From Gemmatimonadota bacterium (GTDB lineage: Bacteria > Gemmatimonadota > Gemmatimonadetes > Gemmatimonadales > GWC2-71-9): 52,671 nt of DNA. The notes below the pieces were generated by a model that made no database searches, was not told the DNA's origin, and saw only the letters and a program-made list of their open reading frames with translations. Of the stretch, positions 34,695 to 43,092 are shown piece after piece. The DNA lies in contig JBDHJO010000004.1 of assembly GCA_039586875.1 (NCBI GenBank), positions 1 to 52,671 of the forward strand. The letters are read 5' to 3'. Position 1 is the first letter of the stretch. Each line of letters begins with the position of its first letter. A program made the translations under genes and the position numbers.

Positions 34695-36337
34695 CACCGA
34701 TTCGGGTACTCGTCATGCTGGTCGTCACGCTCTCTCTGGCTGCGTCAGGGTTGCACGCACAGGACCCGGCAGACGACGCGTGGAACCGGGGCGACCATGA
34801 GACCGCCCGAGCGTTGTACGCAGAGCGCGTCGCGGTCGACTCGTCGGACGTTCGGGCGCTACATCGGCTCGCCTTGCTCTTCGCCTGGAATCGTGAGTTC
34901 ACGCCGAGCCTTGCCCTCTTCGATCGCTTGTTGGACGTCGTGCCGGACAACGTCGAGGCGCAGGTGGATCGCGCGCGCGTGCTGTCGTGGGCAAGCCGCT
35001 TCGACGAGTCGGTGGCGGCATACGCTGACGTCCTGCGGCAACGACCCACCGAGCGACAGGCACGGCTCGGATTGGCACAAGTACTCTCATGGTCGGGGCG
35101 GCTGGACTCGGCTACCGTCGTGTACGAGGATCTCCTCGCGGACGACCCCCGTGATCTCGATGCGCTCCGCGGGATTGCGCGCGCCACGGCGTGGAGCGGC
35201 GATCTCAAGCACGCGGAAATGCACTGGCGAGAGGCACTCGAGGCCGGCGGGGATGACGGGGCGACGCTGATCGGTCTGTCCCAAACGCTGCGGTGGCAGG
35301 GACGGGCTGGCGAGGCCCGCGACGCGCTTGAACGGGTACCGCTGGACCAACGGAGCATGCCTGAGTACGTCGATGAATCGCGCTGGGTGGACGTTGCCTT
35401 GTCGCCGACCGTCGCTCCGTCGGTGACCTACGAGTGGGACTCCGACGGCAACGAGATGATGACCGTGGCCCTCCGCGGGAGCCACCCCGTCACGACCCGT
35501 GCCCGGATCGAGCTTGCCGGGTACCTCAGGACGACGTGGGACGACCCCCCCGCGAACGATCCACAGTACGACGAGCGGCTCCTGTCGTGGGGCGTCACAC
35601 TCGGCGGACGCTATGTGTTCGCACCCGGCTGGGCCGTCGGTGCCGGTGCGGGCCTGTCGAGCACGAATGCCACCGACGCCTGGACCGAGCCCCTCTTCTT
35701 TGCCAATGTCTCGAGCCCGAGTCGCAACCGCGTCGCCGGGAGACTGAGCTTCACCCGTAGCGCCTTCGACCCAACGAGGGATCTGGTCGAGCGCGGAGTC
35801 ACGTTCACCGAGACCTCAGCCAGTATCACACTCCGCCCAGCTGATCGTTGGGGTGTCGATGCCGGCGTGGCGTACGGCATCTTCGACGGCAGCGAATCGA
35901 ACGGTCGTCTCCTGGGACACGCAACGGGCAACTACCGCGTCACCCCATCATGGGCAGCCCTCGCGCGGATCAGGAGCTTCGGCTTCGAGAAGAGCCGTGG
36001 GACACCTGGCACCGCGGGCTACTTCAACGACAGTTACTTCAATCCGGCGTTTTACTTCCTTGGCGAAGTGTTTCCTCGATGGCAGCCACTCCGCGGCCCG
36101 TGGCACCTGTCGGCCGAGTTCGGACTCGGGATCGAGCACATCGACATAGGTCCCGGACAGACGCCAACGACGCGCTGGCCCACGTATCGCGGTTCCGTGC
36201 GCGCGGCGTATGATCTCGCGCCCGGTCGCCAGATCAGCCTTGCAGGCATGTACACCGACAATGCCGGGCCCTTTGCCGGGAATACCCCAGGGTACAGGTA
36301 CGTCGCGGCCACCCTTGCCGGATCGTGGGCGTTTTGA
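34691..36337 (+). CDS. outer-membrane TPR plus beta-barrel exopolysaccharide export protein (PgaA/BcsC-like architecture)
   Basis: The ATG overlaps the upstream stop (ATGA). A signal peptide and about 200 aa of TPR repeats are followed by a Gly/Tyr/Ser-rich barrel ending in LAGSWAF. Confidence 0.7.
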   Translation: MTPIRVLVMLVVTLSLAASGLHAQDPADDAWNRGDHETARALYAERVAVDSSDVRALHRLALLFAWNREFTPSLALFDRLLDVVPDNVEAQVDRARVLSWASRFDESVAAYADVLRQRPTERQARLGLAQVLSWSGRLDSATVVYEDLLADDPRDLDALRGIARATAWSGDLKHAEMHWREALEAGGDDGATLIGLSQTLRWQGRAGEARDALERVPLDQRSMPEYVDESRWVDVALSPTVAPSVTYEWDSDGNEMMTVALRGSHPVTTRARIELAGYLRTTWDDPPANDPQYDERLLSWGVTLGGRYVFAPGWAVGAGAGLSSTNATDAWTEPLFFANVSSPSRNRVAGRLSFTRSAFDPTRDLVERGVTFTETSASITLRPADRWGVDAGVAYGIFDGSESNGRLLGHATGNYRVTPSWAALARIRSFGFEKSRGTPGTAGYFNDSYFNPAFYFLGEVFPRWQPLRGPWHLSAEFGLGIEHIDIGPGQTPTTRWPTYRGSVRAAYDLAPGRQISLAGMYTDNAGPFAGNTPGYRYVAATLAGSWAF

Positions 36338-36472
36338 CGGTCAGTCGGACCGTGCCGATGTGGTCGACTTTTCCATCAGTGGTTCGTATCATGTTGATTG
36401 ACATTCGGTTGCGACAATCCGACGACGGGTCGGGCGAGCGCGTTGCGCCGATCACTCCGAATCGGGACCAGC

Positions 36473-37774
36473 ATGCCGAACACTGCTGACCACGCAGTTG
36501 TCCGCATTCTCATCGTCGACGACGACCAGCACACGCTCGACGTTGCCCGACAGGCGCTGCGCGCGCCTGACCTCGAAGTCCTCGCCGCTCATTCCGCCGC
36601 CGAGGCGGAGGCCCTGCTCGAAGGTCAAACCGTCAACCTCATTCTCCTCGGTCTCGTGCTCCCCGATGCGGACGGCCGGTCGGTCCTGCAGCGCTTGGGG
36701 GAGAAAGCGCCGACGGCGACGGTGCCGGTGATGATGCTGGCTGAAGAGATCGGCCCGAACCCGAAGGAAGAGTGTATTGGCCTCGGAGTCGCGGACTTCA
36801 TTGCAAAACCTGTCGACCCCGAATCGCTCGCCAATGCCATCGCGGCCACGCTGGAGCGCGCGTCCAGCGAACACCCGAGTCCGCTGCATGACCCGGTAAC
36901 CGGGCTCGCGAATCGCGCCGCGTTCCTCGACCGTTTCATGGCAAACGTCACCGAGAGCTCGCGATCCGGCCATTACTCAGCGATGGCACTCTTGGACTTG
37001 GACGGTCTGGCGCAGATCAACTCGGCGTGGGGCAACGCCATGGGTGACCAGGTACTGACCCACACCGGACATGCGATCGCCGAGTTGATCCGTGATCACG
37101 ACATGATCGCACGATGGCGGGAAGACGAGTTTGCCGTCCTGTTGCCAGGCATGGATCTCGACACGGCCGCACGTCTCTTCGCCAAGGCGCAGGCGGTGCT
37201 CACGACGTCGCCGCTGGCAGTCTCGGACAACGTGGAGCTGACGGCGACGTTCTGTGCCGGGATCACGACCGCGGTTTCGGGGGCAAAGGTGCAGGAGGTG
37301 ATCTCGCAGGCCGAGCGCGCACTCGTGCATGCGAAGCGTCGGGGCGTGTCACACGTGGTCACCTCCGAGGAGGAGTTCCCGGACGAGCCGGCGACTGTGC
37401 TCATTGCAGAAGACGACCGCGTCTCGGCGGCGCTCGTACGTCATCGGATCGAGCGTGCCGGTCTCACGGTCATCCACCGCGAGAACGGGACCGAGGCATT
37501 GGAGGCGGCGAAGCAGCACGCTGTCGACCTGTTCATTTTGGATATTCGCATGCCACGCATGGATGGCTTCGAGCTCCTCCGGTCACTCCGTGCCCTGCCA
37601 CAGTACGCCGACACGCCGATCCTCATGCTGACGAGCTTGGGCCGCGAAGAAGACATCGTACGGGCCTTTCACCTCGGCGCGAGCGATTATGTGACGAAGC
37701 CCTTCTCACCCGTCGAGTTGCTGGCGCGCGTACAACGACTGCTGCGGTCGCACGCCTCAACCCGCCGCCTCTAA
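36473..37774 (+). CDS. pseudo-receiver / degenerate GGDEF (REDEF, I-site RDHD intact) / receiver protein
   Basis: REC1 has Gly in place of the acceptor Asp (LILLGLVLP, codon 36650-36652). In the GGDEF domain, RDHD lies at 37091-37102 and REDEF at 37118-37132. REC2 is canonical (FILDIRMP, LMLTS, YVTKPF). Confidence 0.85.
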   Translation: MPNTADHAVVRILIVDDDQHTLDVARQALRAPDLEVLAAHSAAEAEALLEGQTVNLILLGLVLPDADGRSVLQRLGEKAPTATVPVMMLAEEIGPNPKEECIGLGVADFIAKPVDPESLANAIAATLERASSEHPSPLHDPVTGLANRAAFLDRFMANVTESSRSGHYSAMALLDLDGLAQINSAWGNAMGDQVLTHTGHAIAELIRDHDMIARWREDEFAVLLPGMDLDTAARLFAKAQAVLTTSPLAVSDNVELTATFCAGITTAVSGAKVQEVISQAERALVHAKRRGVSHVVTSEEEFPDEPATVLIAEDDRVSAALVRHRIERAGLTVIHRENGTEALEAAKQHAVDLFILDIRMPRMDGFELLRSLRALPQYADTPILMLTSLGREEDIVRAFHLGASDYVTKPFSPVELLARVQRLLRSHASTRRL

Positions 37775-37780
37775 CAGAGG

Positions 37781-38848
37781 GTGTCCGTGACACCCGAGGT
37801 GCAGGAATTCGGCAGCCGAGTCCTCCTGCTCCTGATCATCGGCATCGCGCTCTTGGTCCTGCTGGCGATCGGGTTCGCCATCTCCGTCGTCATGCTCCGC
37901 AGGAAAAACGATCGCACCCGCGTTCACTGGCAGCGTCTCGAGAGCAAGTGGGACGAGGTTCTGCTGGACGTGCTCGCCGGCGCCCGGCCAAAAGACGCAT
38001 TTTGGGAGATCGTCGCACCTGGAGAGCAGCTGTACGCGGTCAACTATGTGTTGCGGTACATCAAGCGTGTCGAGGGGGAGGAGCGGGTCCGTCTGCAGGA
38101 GCTCGGGCGCCCGTATCTCGAGCCCGTCATTCCTCGCATGCAGCGTGGCGATCCGGAGCGCCGGGCGCGCGCGGTGCAAACCGTCGGTGAGATCGGCTTG
38201 CCCGAACATGCCGAGTTGGTGATCCGAGCGCTCGACGATCCGTCTCCGCTGGTCGCGATGGTCGCTGCCCGGTCGCTGGCGCGGAAGGAGCACCCAGAGT
38301 TCATCCGCGAGGTTCTCAAGCGGCTTCACCGCTTTTCGACGTGGAGCCGCAACTTCCTCTCGTCGATGCTGGCGGCGGTGGGTGCCGATGCCATGCCCAT
38401 TCTGCGAGAGGTGTACGGAGATCCGCACCACCCAACGCAAGTGCGTGCCATCGTCGCACAGGCGCTGGGCTACCTCCACGACTTCGGGGCTGCCGATGTG
38501 GCGGCCCGAGTCCTGGAGACGGAGGAGGATCGTGAGATACTCGCGGCATCACTCCGGTTGATCAGCGGTGTCGGTCAACCCGAGCACCTGCCCGCAGTGC
38601 GCCGGTTGGTGACATCTTCGGACTTCGTGGTCCGGGCCGCGGCCGTCAGCGCCATCGGAAACATTGGCCGGCCGGACGACATGCCGCTCTTGCACACGGC
38701 CTGTGAGGATGATTCGCGCTGGGTCGCAATCCATGCCGCGCGGGCGCTCCGCGACGCGGGCCATGTCGACAGCCTCCAGAAGCTCGCCGCTTCGGGACGC
38801 GCGCGGGCCACCCTCGCGATGCAGGTCCTCTCCGAGGTGGACCTGTGA
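37781..38848 (+). CDS. membrane-anchored HEAT-repeat protein
   Basis: One N-terminal TM helix (LLLLIIGIALLVLLAIGFAISVV) is followed by repeated HEAT/PBS-lyase-like units (RARAVQTVGEIG, VRAAAVSAIGNIG, IHAARALRDAG). Possible starts are GTG 37781 or GTG 37787. The stop overlaps the GT2 start. Confidence 0.7.
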   Translation: MSVTPEVQEFGSRVLLLLIIGIALLVLLAIGFAISVVMLRRKNDRTRVHWQRLESKWDEVLLDVLAGARPKDAFWEIVAPGEQLYAVNYVLRYIKRVEGEERVRLQELGRPYLEPVIPRMQRGDPERRARAVQTVGEIGLPEHAELVIRALDDPSPLVAMVAARSLARKEHPEFIREVLKRLHRFSTWSRNFLSSMLAAVGADAMPILREVYGDPHHPTQVRAIVAQALGYLHDFGAADVAARVLETEEDREILAASLRLISGVGQPEHLPAVRRLVTSSDFVVRAAAVSAIGNIGRPDDMPLLHTACEDDSRWVAIHAARALRDAGHVDSLQKLAASGRARATLAMQVLSEVDL

Positions 38849-40296
38849 CCGGCTTCGCCATCCTCCTCACCGGCCTCACGCTCTTCAACGCCGTCGTGCT
38901 CGTGTATTTCGTCGTGCTGAACACGGTGTACCTGACCACCAGCATCATCGCGTTCCGCGACATCCGGCGGTACGTCCGGCGGCTCAAGTCCCTGGATTTC
39001 GGGGACCTTCTGTCGTCCGAGGGCATGCCACCGGTCACCGTGATCGCGCCGGCGTTCAACGAGGAGCTCACCTGTGTCGAGTCGGTCAGCTCTCTCCTCA
39101 TGCTCGAATACCCGCAGTACGAGGTCGTGGTCGTGAACGACGGCTCGACCGACGGGACGCTCACACAGCTGCAAAAGGCGTTCGATCTCGTTCCCGCAGC
39201 ACGCCTTCCGACGGCAGAGCTCGCAACGGCACCGGTGCGGCGAGCATACCAGAGCCAGCGGCGTCCGAACCTGTGGGTGATCGACAAGGAAAACGGTGGG
39301 AAATCCGATGCGCTCAACGCCGGTATCAACCTGTGCGTGACGCCGCTCTTCTGCGCCATGGACGCCGACAGCATCCTCGAGCGCGACGCACTCATGCGCA
39401 TCGTCCGTCCGTTTCTCGAAGATGCCAACACGATTGCGGCCGGTGGCGTGGTCCGTATCGCGAACGGCTGTACAATCAAAGACGGCAACGTGACGGGTGT
39501 GCGGTTTCCCCGTAATCTGTGGGCGCGCTTTCAGGTGTTGGAATACCTCCGCTCGTTTCTTGCCGGTCGCATGGGATGGGCCGTGCTGGATGCAACGCTG
39601 ATCATCTCCGGGGCGTTCGGCGTCTTTCGACGGAACACCGTCGTCGCGGCCGGCGGCTACGCGTCGGAGTACACGAGCGGCAGCACCGTGGGCGAGGACA
39701 TGGAGCTGGTTGTCCGACTGCACCGGCACTGCCGCGAGCGGAAGATCCCATATCACATCCGGTTCGTCCCCGACCCCGTGGCCTGGACGGAATGCCCCGA
39801 GTCGCTGCGCACGCTCGCACGGCAACGCGACCGCTGGCAGCGCGGCATGGCCGAGAGCCTGCTCCGCCACCGCACGATGCTGTTCAACCGCCGGTATGGT
39901 CGCATTGGCTTCCTCGCCTACCCGTACTTCCTGTTTCTCGAAACGCTTGGTTTGCCGATCGAGATCTTGGGGTACTTCGCGTTTGCCGTGACGGTGGTGT
40001 TGGGTTTGGCCGAACCCGTATACGTCGTGGGCTTCTTCATGGCGGCCTTTGCCTTCGGCATGGTCCTGTCGATCGCGGCAGTCGGCTTGGAGGAGTTGGG
40101 GTTCCGCCGGTACCCGAAGGTCGGGGATCTCGTCCGCTTGTTCGTGTTGGGTGCAGCCGAGAACTTCGGCTATCGGCAGCTTATTGCGTTCTGGCGGCTT
40201 CACGGTCTGATTTCTGCTGTACGAGGCAAGAAACACTGGGGCACAATGGAGCGACAGGGGTTTCGGGACGATCGCATCAAGAAGGACGCGGCATGA
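38845..40296 (+). CDS. processive family-2 glycosyltransferase (PgaC/cellulose-synthase-like polysaccharide synthase)
   Basis: The GTG overlaps the upstream stop (GTGA). The protein has an N-terminal TM helix, VVVNDGSTD, GGKSDALNAG, MDADS, GEDMEL, QRDRW (39823-39837) and several C-terminal TM helices. Confidence 0.9.
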   Translation: MTGFAILLTGLTLFNAVVLVYFVVLNTVYLTTSIIAFRDIRRYVRRLKSLDFGDLLSSEGMPPVTVIAPAFNEELTCVESVSSLLMLEYPQYEVVVVNDGSTDGTLTQLQKAFDLVPAARLPTAELATAPVRRAYQSQRRPNLWVIDKENGGKSDALNAGINLCVTPLFCAMDADSILERDALMRIVRPFLEDANTIAAGGVVRIANGCTIKDGNVTGVRFPRNLWARFQVLEYLRSFLAGRMGWAVLDATLIISGAFGVFRRNTVVAAGGYASEYTSGSTVGEDMELVVRLHRHCRERKIPYHIRFVPDPVAWTECPESLRTLARQRDRWQRGMAESLLRHRTMLFNRRYGRIGFLAYPYFLFLETLGLPIEILGYFAFAVTVVLGLAEPVYVVGFFMAAFAFGMVLSIAAVGLEELGFRRYPKVGDLVRLFVLGAAENFGYRQLIAFWRLHGLISAVRGKKHWGTMERQGFRDDRIKKDAA

Positions 40297-42227
40297 CCGA
40301 TCCGTCGATGCGACCGGTCGATTGGGACGTTCTTGCACGGATCAGCCACGATCTGCGCACGCCGATGAACGGCATCATCGGCCTCGTCGAGCTCCTCCAT
40401 CACACCGAATTGGATCCGGAGCAGCGTCGCTCCGTCGAGCTCATCAAGATCTCGGCCGAATCGTTGATGGGGCTCGTGAACGACATTCTCGACCTGTCGA
40501 GATTGCGAAGCGATCGTGTGGAGCTCGAAGACATCGTCTTCGACGTCGGTACGTTGGTCGATTCTACCGTCCGGCTCTTACGCGTCCGGGCCTTTGAGCA
40601 GAACATCGATTTGACGTACGAGATCGACGCCGACGTTCCGCGGATGGTTCGTGGTGACCCCAGTCGCCTGCGCCAGATTCTCACGAATCTCATCGGCAAC
40701 GCCATCAAGTTCACCCGCCAGGGCAGCGTCGATCTGTCCGTCTCCTGCCGGAGCGACAGCCGTTGTGCAGGCGGGATTCACTTCGTGGTTCGCGACACCG
40801 GGATCGGGATTCCGGCCGACCGGTTGGACGCAATCTTCGAGGAGTACTCTCAAGCGTCGATCAGTACGGCGCGCGAGTACGGCGGCACCGGGCTTGGCCT
40901 TGCGATTGCACGCCACCTTGCCCACCTGATGGGGGGCGCTATCTCGGTGAGGAGCACCCTCGGTGTCGGCAGCGCGTTCGCTGTGGACGTCCAACTCACG
41001 CCGGTCGCGGCGGACGAGCCTCTGGAAGTTGGAGGTGACCATACGACCCTGGAGACCGCGCGGGTGCTCGTTATCGACGATCACGCGGAGTCTCGAGGGG
41101 CATCGGTCGCGGTTCTCCAGAATGTCGGCGTCGACGTGCGGGGGATGAGGCGAGGCGACGACGGTGTGGACGAGTTACGCCGTGGGTTCGCCGACAGCAG
41201 CCCGTACCAGCTCGTGATCCTCGACGCATGGGTGGGAGGCGAGGACGGCTTTGACCTCGCAGCGACGATTCTTTCGGACGATCACCTGCGCGACACCCGC
41301 GTCATACTGTTGACGAACTCCGGGCGCAGGGGTGACGGCCAACGATGCCGTGATATCGGGATTCATGGCTACCTCACCAGGCCCGTGGAACCTGACGATC
41401 TCGTGACTGCCACGGCACGCGTGCTTGCGGGCCGCGACGACGACCTGGTCACGCGCCACTTCCTCGAGGAGCGACGGCGGCGGCTTCGCATCCTCCTGGC
41501 GGATGACAACGAGGTCAATCGACAGGTCGCCGTGGCAATCCTCGAGAAGCGTGGTCATACGGTCGACAGTGTCGTGGACGGTACGGAGGCGGTCGACGCG
41601 GCCGCGTCGGCGGTTTACGACGTGGCGTTGCTCGACGTCGAAATGCCGGAGATGGACGGACCGTCCGCTGCGGGCAAGCTACGCACGTTACCCAGCGCAG
41701 CCCGGACACAGATCGTGGGAATGACGGCCCACGCGAACTTCGCCAACGAAGCCACGTTCCGCGCTGCTGGCATGGACGCGTGTATCACCAAACCTTTCAA
41801 GCCACGGGACCTCGTGCGCGTCGTCGAATCGATCGCTGCCCCCGCGTCGCCGGGCCGGACGAGCGGTCACGTCGACCGCGTCGTCGATCCCGTCAATCTC
41901 ACCGAATTCCGCCGGATGATGCGCGAGGCCGGCATCGAGGGTACGGCAAACAAGATCATCACCGTGTTCTTGGAAGATGCGCCGCAGCGCATGGCGGCCC
42001 TGCATGAGGCCACGAACGCGCGGAATGGGCAGGACATTCGTATGGCCGCCCACGCCTTCAAGTCCGCCGCCGCGACCATTCGCGCAGAGAGTCTCGCGGA
42101 GTTGTTGAACCACGTGGAAAAGGCGGGCGAGCTCGACGACATCGACAAGGCCGCCGAGCTCCTCCCGCAGGTGCATGCCGAAGCGGACAGCGTGCAGGCG
42201 TTTCTCGAGCCCCTGCGCACCGACTGA
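40293..42227 (+). CDS. cytoplasmic hybrid histidine kinase: HisKA-HATPase-REC-REC-HPt, with no sensor domain
   Basis: The ATG overlaps the GT2 stop (ATGA). The H-box SHDLRTPMNGI begins at residue 18. The G-box is GTGLGLAIARHLA. There are two receivers and an HPt (AHAFKSAAA). Confidence 0.9.
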   Translation: MTDPSMRPVDWDVLARISHDLRTPMNGIIGLVELLHHTELDPEQRRSVELIKISAESLMGLVNDILDLSRLRSDRVELEDIVFDVGTLVDSTVRLLRVRAFEQNIDLTYEIDADVPRMVRGDPSRLRQILTNLIGNAIKFTRQGSVDLSVSCRSDSRCAGGIHFVVRDTGIGIPADRLDAIFEEYSQASISTAREYGGTGLGLAIARHLAHLMGGAISVRSTLGVGSAFAVDVQLTPVAADEPLEVGGDHTTLETARVLVIDDHAESRGASVAVLQNVGVDVRGMRRGDDGVDELRRGFADSSPYQLVILDAWVGGEDGFDLAATILSDDHLRDTRVILLTNSGRRGDGQRCRDIGIHGYLTRPVEPDDLVTATARVLAGRDDDLVTRHFLEERRRRLRILLADDNEVNRQVAVAILEKRGHTVDSVVDGTEAVDAAASAVYDVALLDVEMPEMDGPSAAGKLRTLPSAARTQIVGMTAHANFANEATFRAAGMDACITKPFKPRDLVRVVESIAAPASPGRTSGHVDRVVDPVNLTEFRRMMREAGIEGTANKIITVFLEDAPQRMAALHEATNARNGQDIRMAAHAFKSAAATIRAESLAELLNHVEKAGELDDIDKAAELLPQVHAEADSVQAFLEPLRTD

Positions 42228-42252
42228 CCTGCCGTCGACGCGCGGCTTCCCG

Positions 42253-43092
42253 TCAGGCCGCCGTCCCCACCTCCTGGACGTGCACATCCCGCTGCGGGAA
42301 CGGGATGCTGCAGCCCGCACGCTCGAGTTCTTCCTTCATGGTCCGCATCAGGTGAAATCGCAGGTCCCAGTAGTCGGCAGCACGGCACCATGGACGGACC
42401 ACCAGGTTCACGGACGAATCACCCAGTTCACTCACCGCAATCGTCGGCGCAGGATCCTTGAGCACGCGCTGGTCGGCATCCAGGATTGCCTGCAATGTTC
42501 GCATGGCGACAGCGATGTCGTCGTCATAGGAGATCCCGGCGACGAGATCGATCCGCCTGGTATCGTTGGCGGCGTAGTTCTTGATCGTGGTCCCCCAGAC
42601 GGCGCTGTTCGGGATGACGATGCCGACGTTGTCCGGCGTGTTGAGGCGCGTGGTGAAGATGTTGATCTCCTGCACCGCGCCCGCGGTGCCCGCGGCCTCG
42701 ATGAAGTCACCGACCCGGAACGGCCGGAACACGAGCAGCATTACCCCGGACGCGAAGTTGCCGAGCGTCCCCTGTAGCGCCAGTCCCACCGCGAGCCCCG
42801 CAGCACCCAACACCGCAATGACCGACGTTGTCTGTACACCCACCATCCCGAGAGCGGCGATGATGACGAACGCCATCAGTGCGTAGTACAGCAGGCCGGT
42901 CATGAACGGCACGAGCGTGGCATCGAGCTCGCTCCGATCGAGCGCGCGCCGGAGCGCGCGACGCGCCCACCCGGCAACGATGCGGCCGATCAGGAAGACG
43001 GCGAGTGCCCCGAGGAGCTTGAGGCCCCACTGAGCAACGAGCGTCTGCACCGTCGCAACGAATCCGTTGATGTCGAAGTTCACTGAACGCAC
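42253..43092 (-). CDS. small-conductance mechanosensitive channel (MscS family)
   Basis: Three TM helices are followed by an MscS beta domain (FRVGDFIE...G.V..I....T.L). An alternative GTG at 43083 lies 8 nt after AGGAG. Confidence 0.9.
   Translation of the reverse strand: MRSVNFDINGFVATVQTLVAQWGLKLLGALAVFLIGRIVAGWARRALRRALDRSELDATLVPFMTGLLYYALMAFVIIAALGMVGVQTTSVIAVLGAAGLAVGLALQGTLGNFASGVMLLVFRPFRVGDFIEAAGTAGAVQEINIFTTRLNTPDNVGIVIPNSAVWGTTIKNYAANDTRRIDLVAGISYDDDIAVAMRTLQAILDADQRVLKDPAPTIAVSELGDSSVNLVVRPWCRAADYWDLRFHLMRTMKEELERAGCSIPFPQRDVHVQEVGTAA

Noticed and set aside
36473-37774. An active PleD-like diguanylate cyclase response regulator.
   Set aside because: The signature reads REDEF instead of GG(D/E)EF, and the first receiver lacks the acceptor Asp. 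It was reinterpreted as a c-di-GMP receptor/adaptor candidate.
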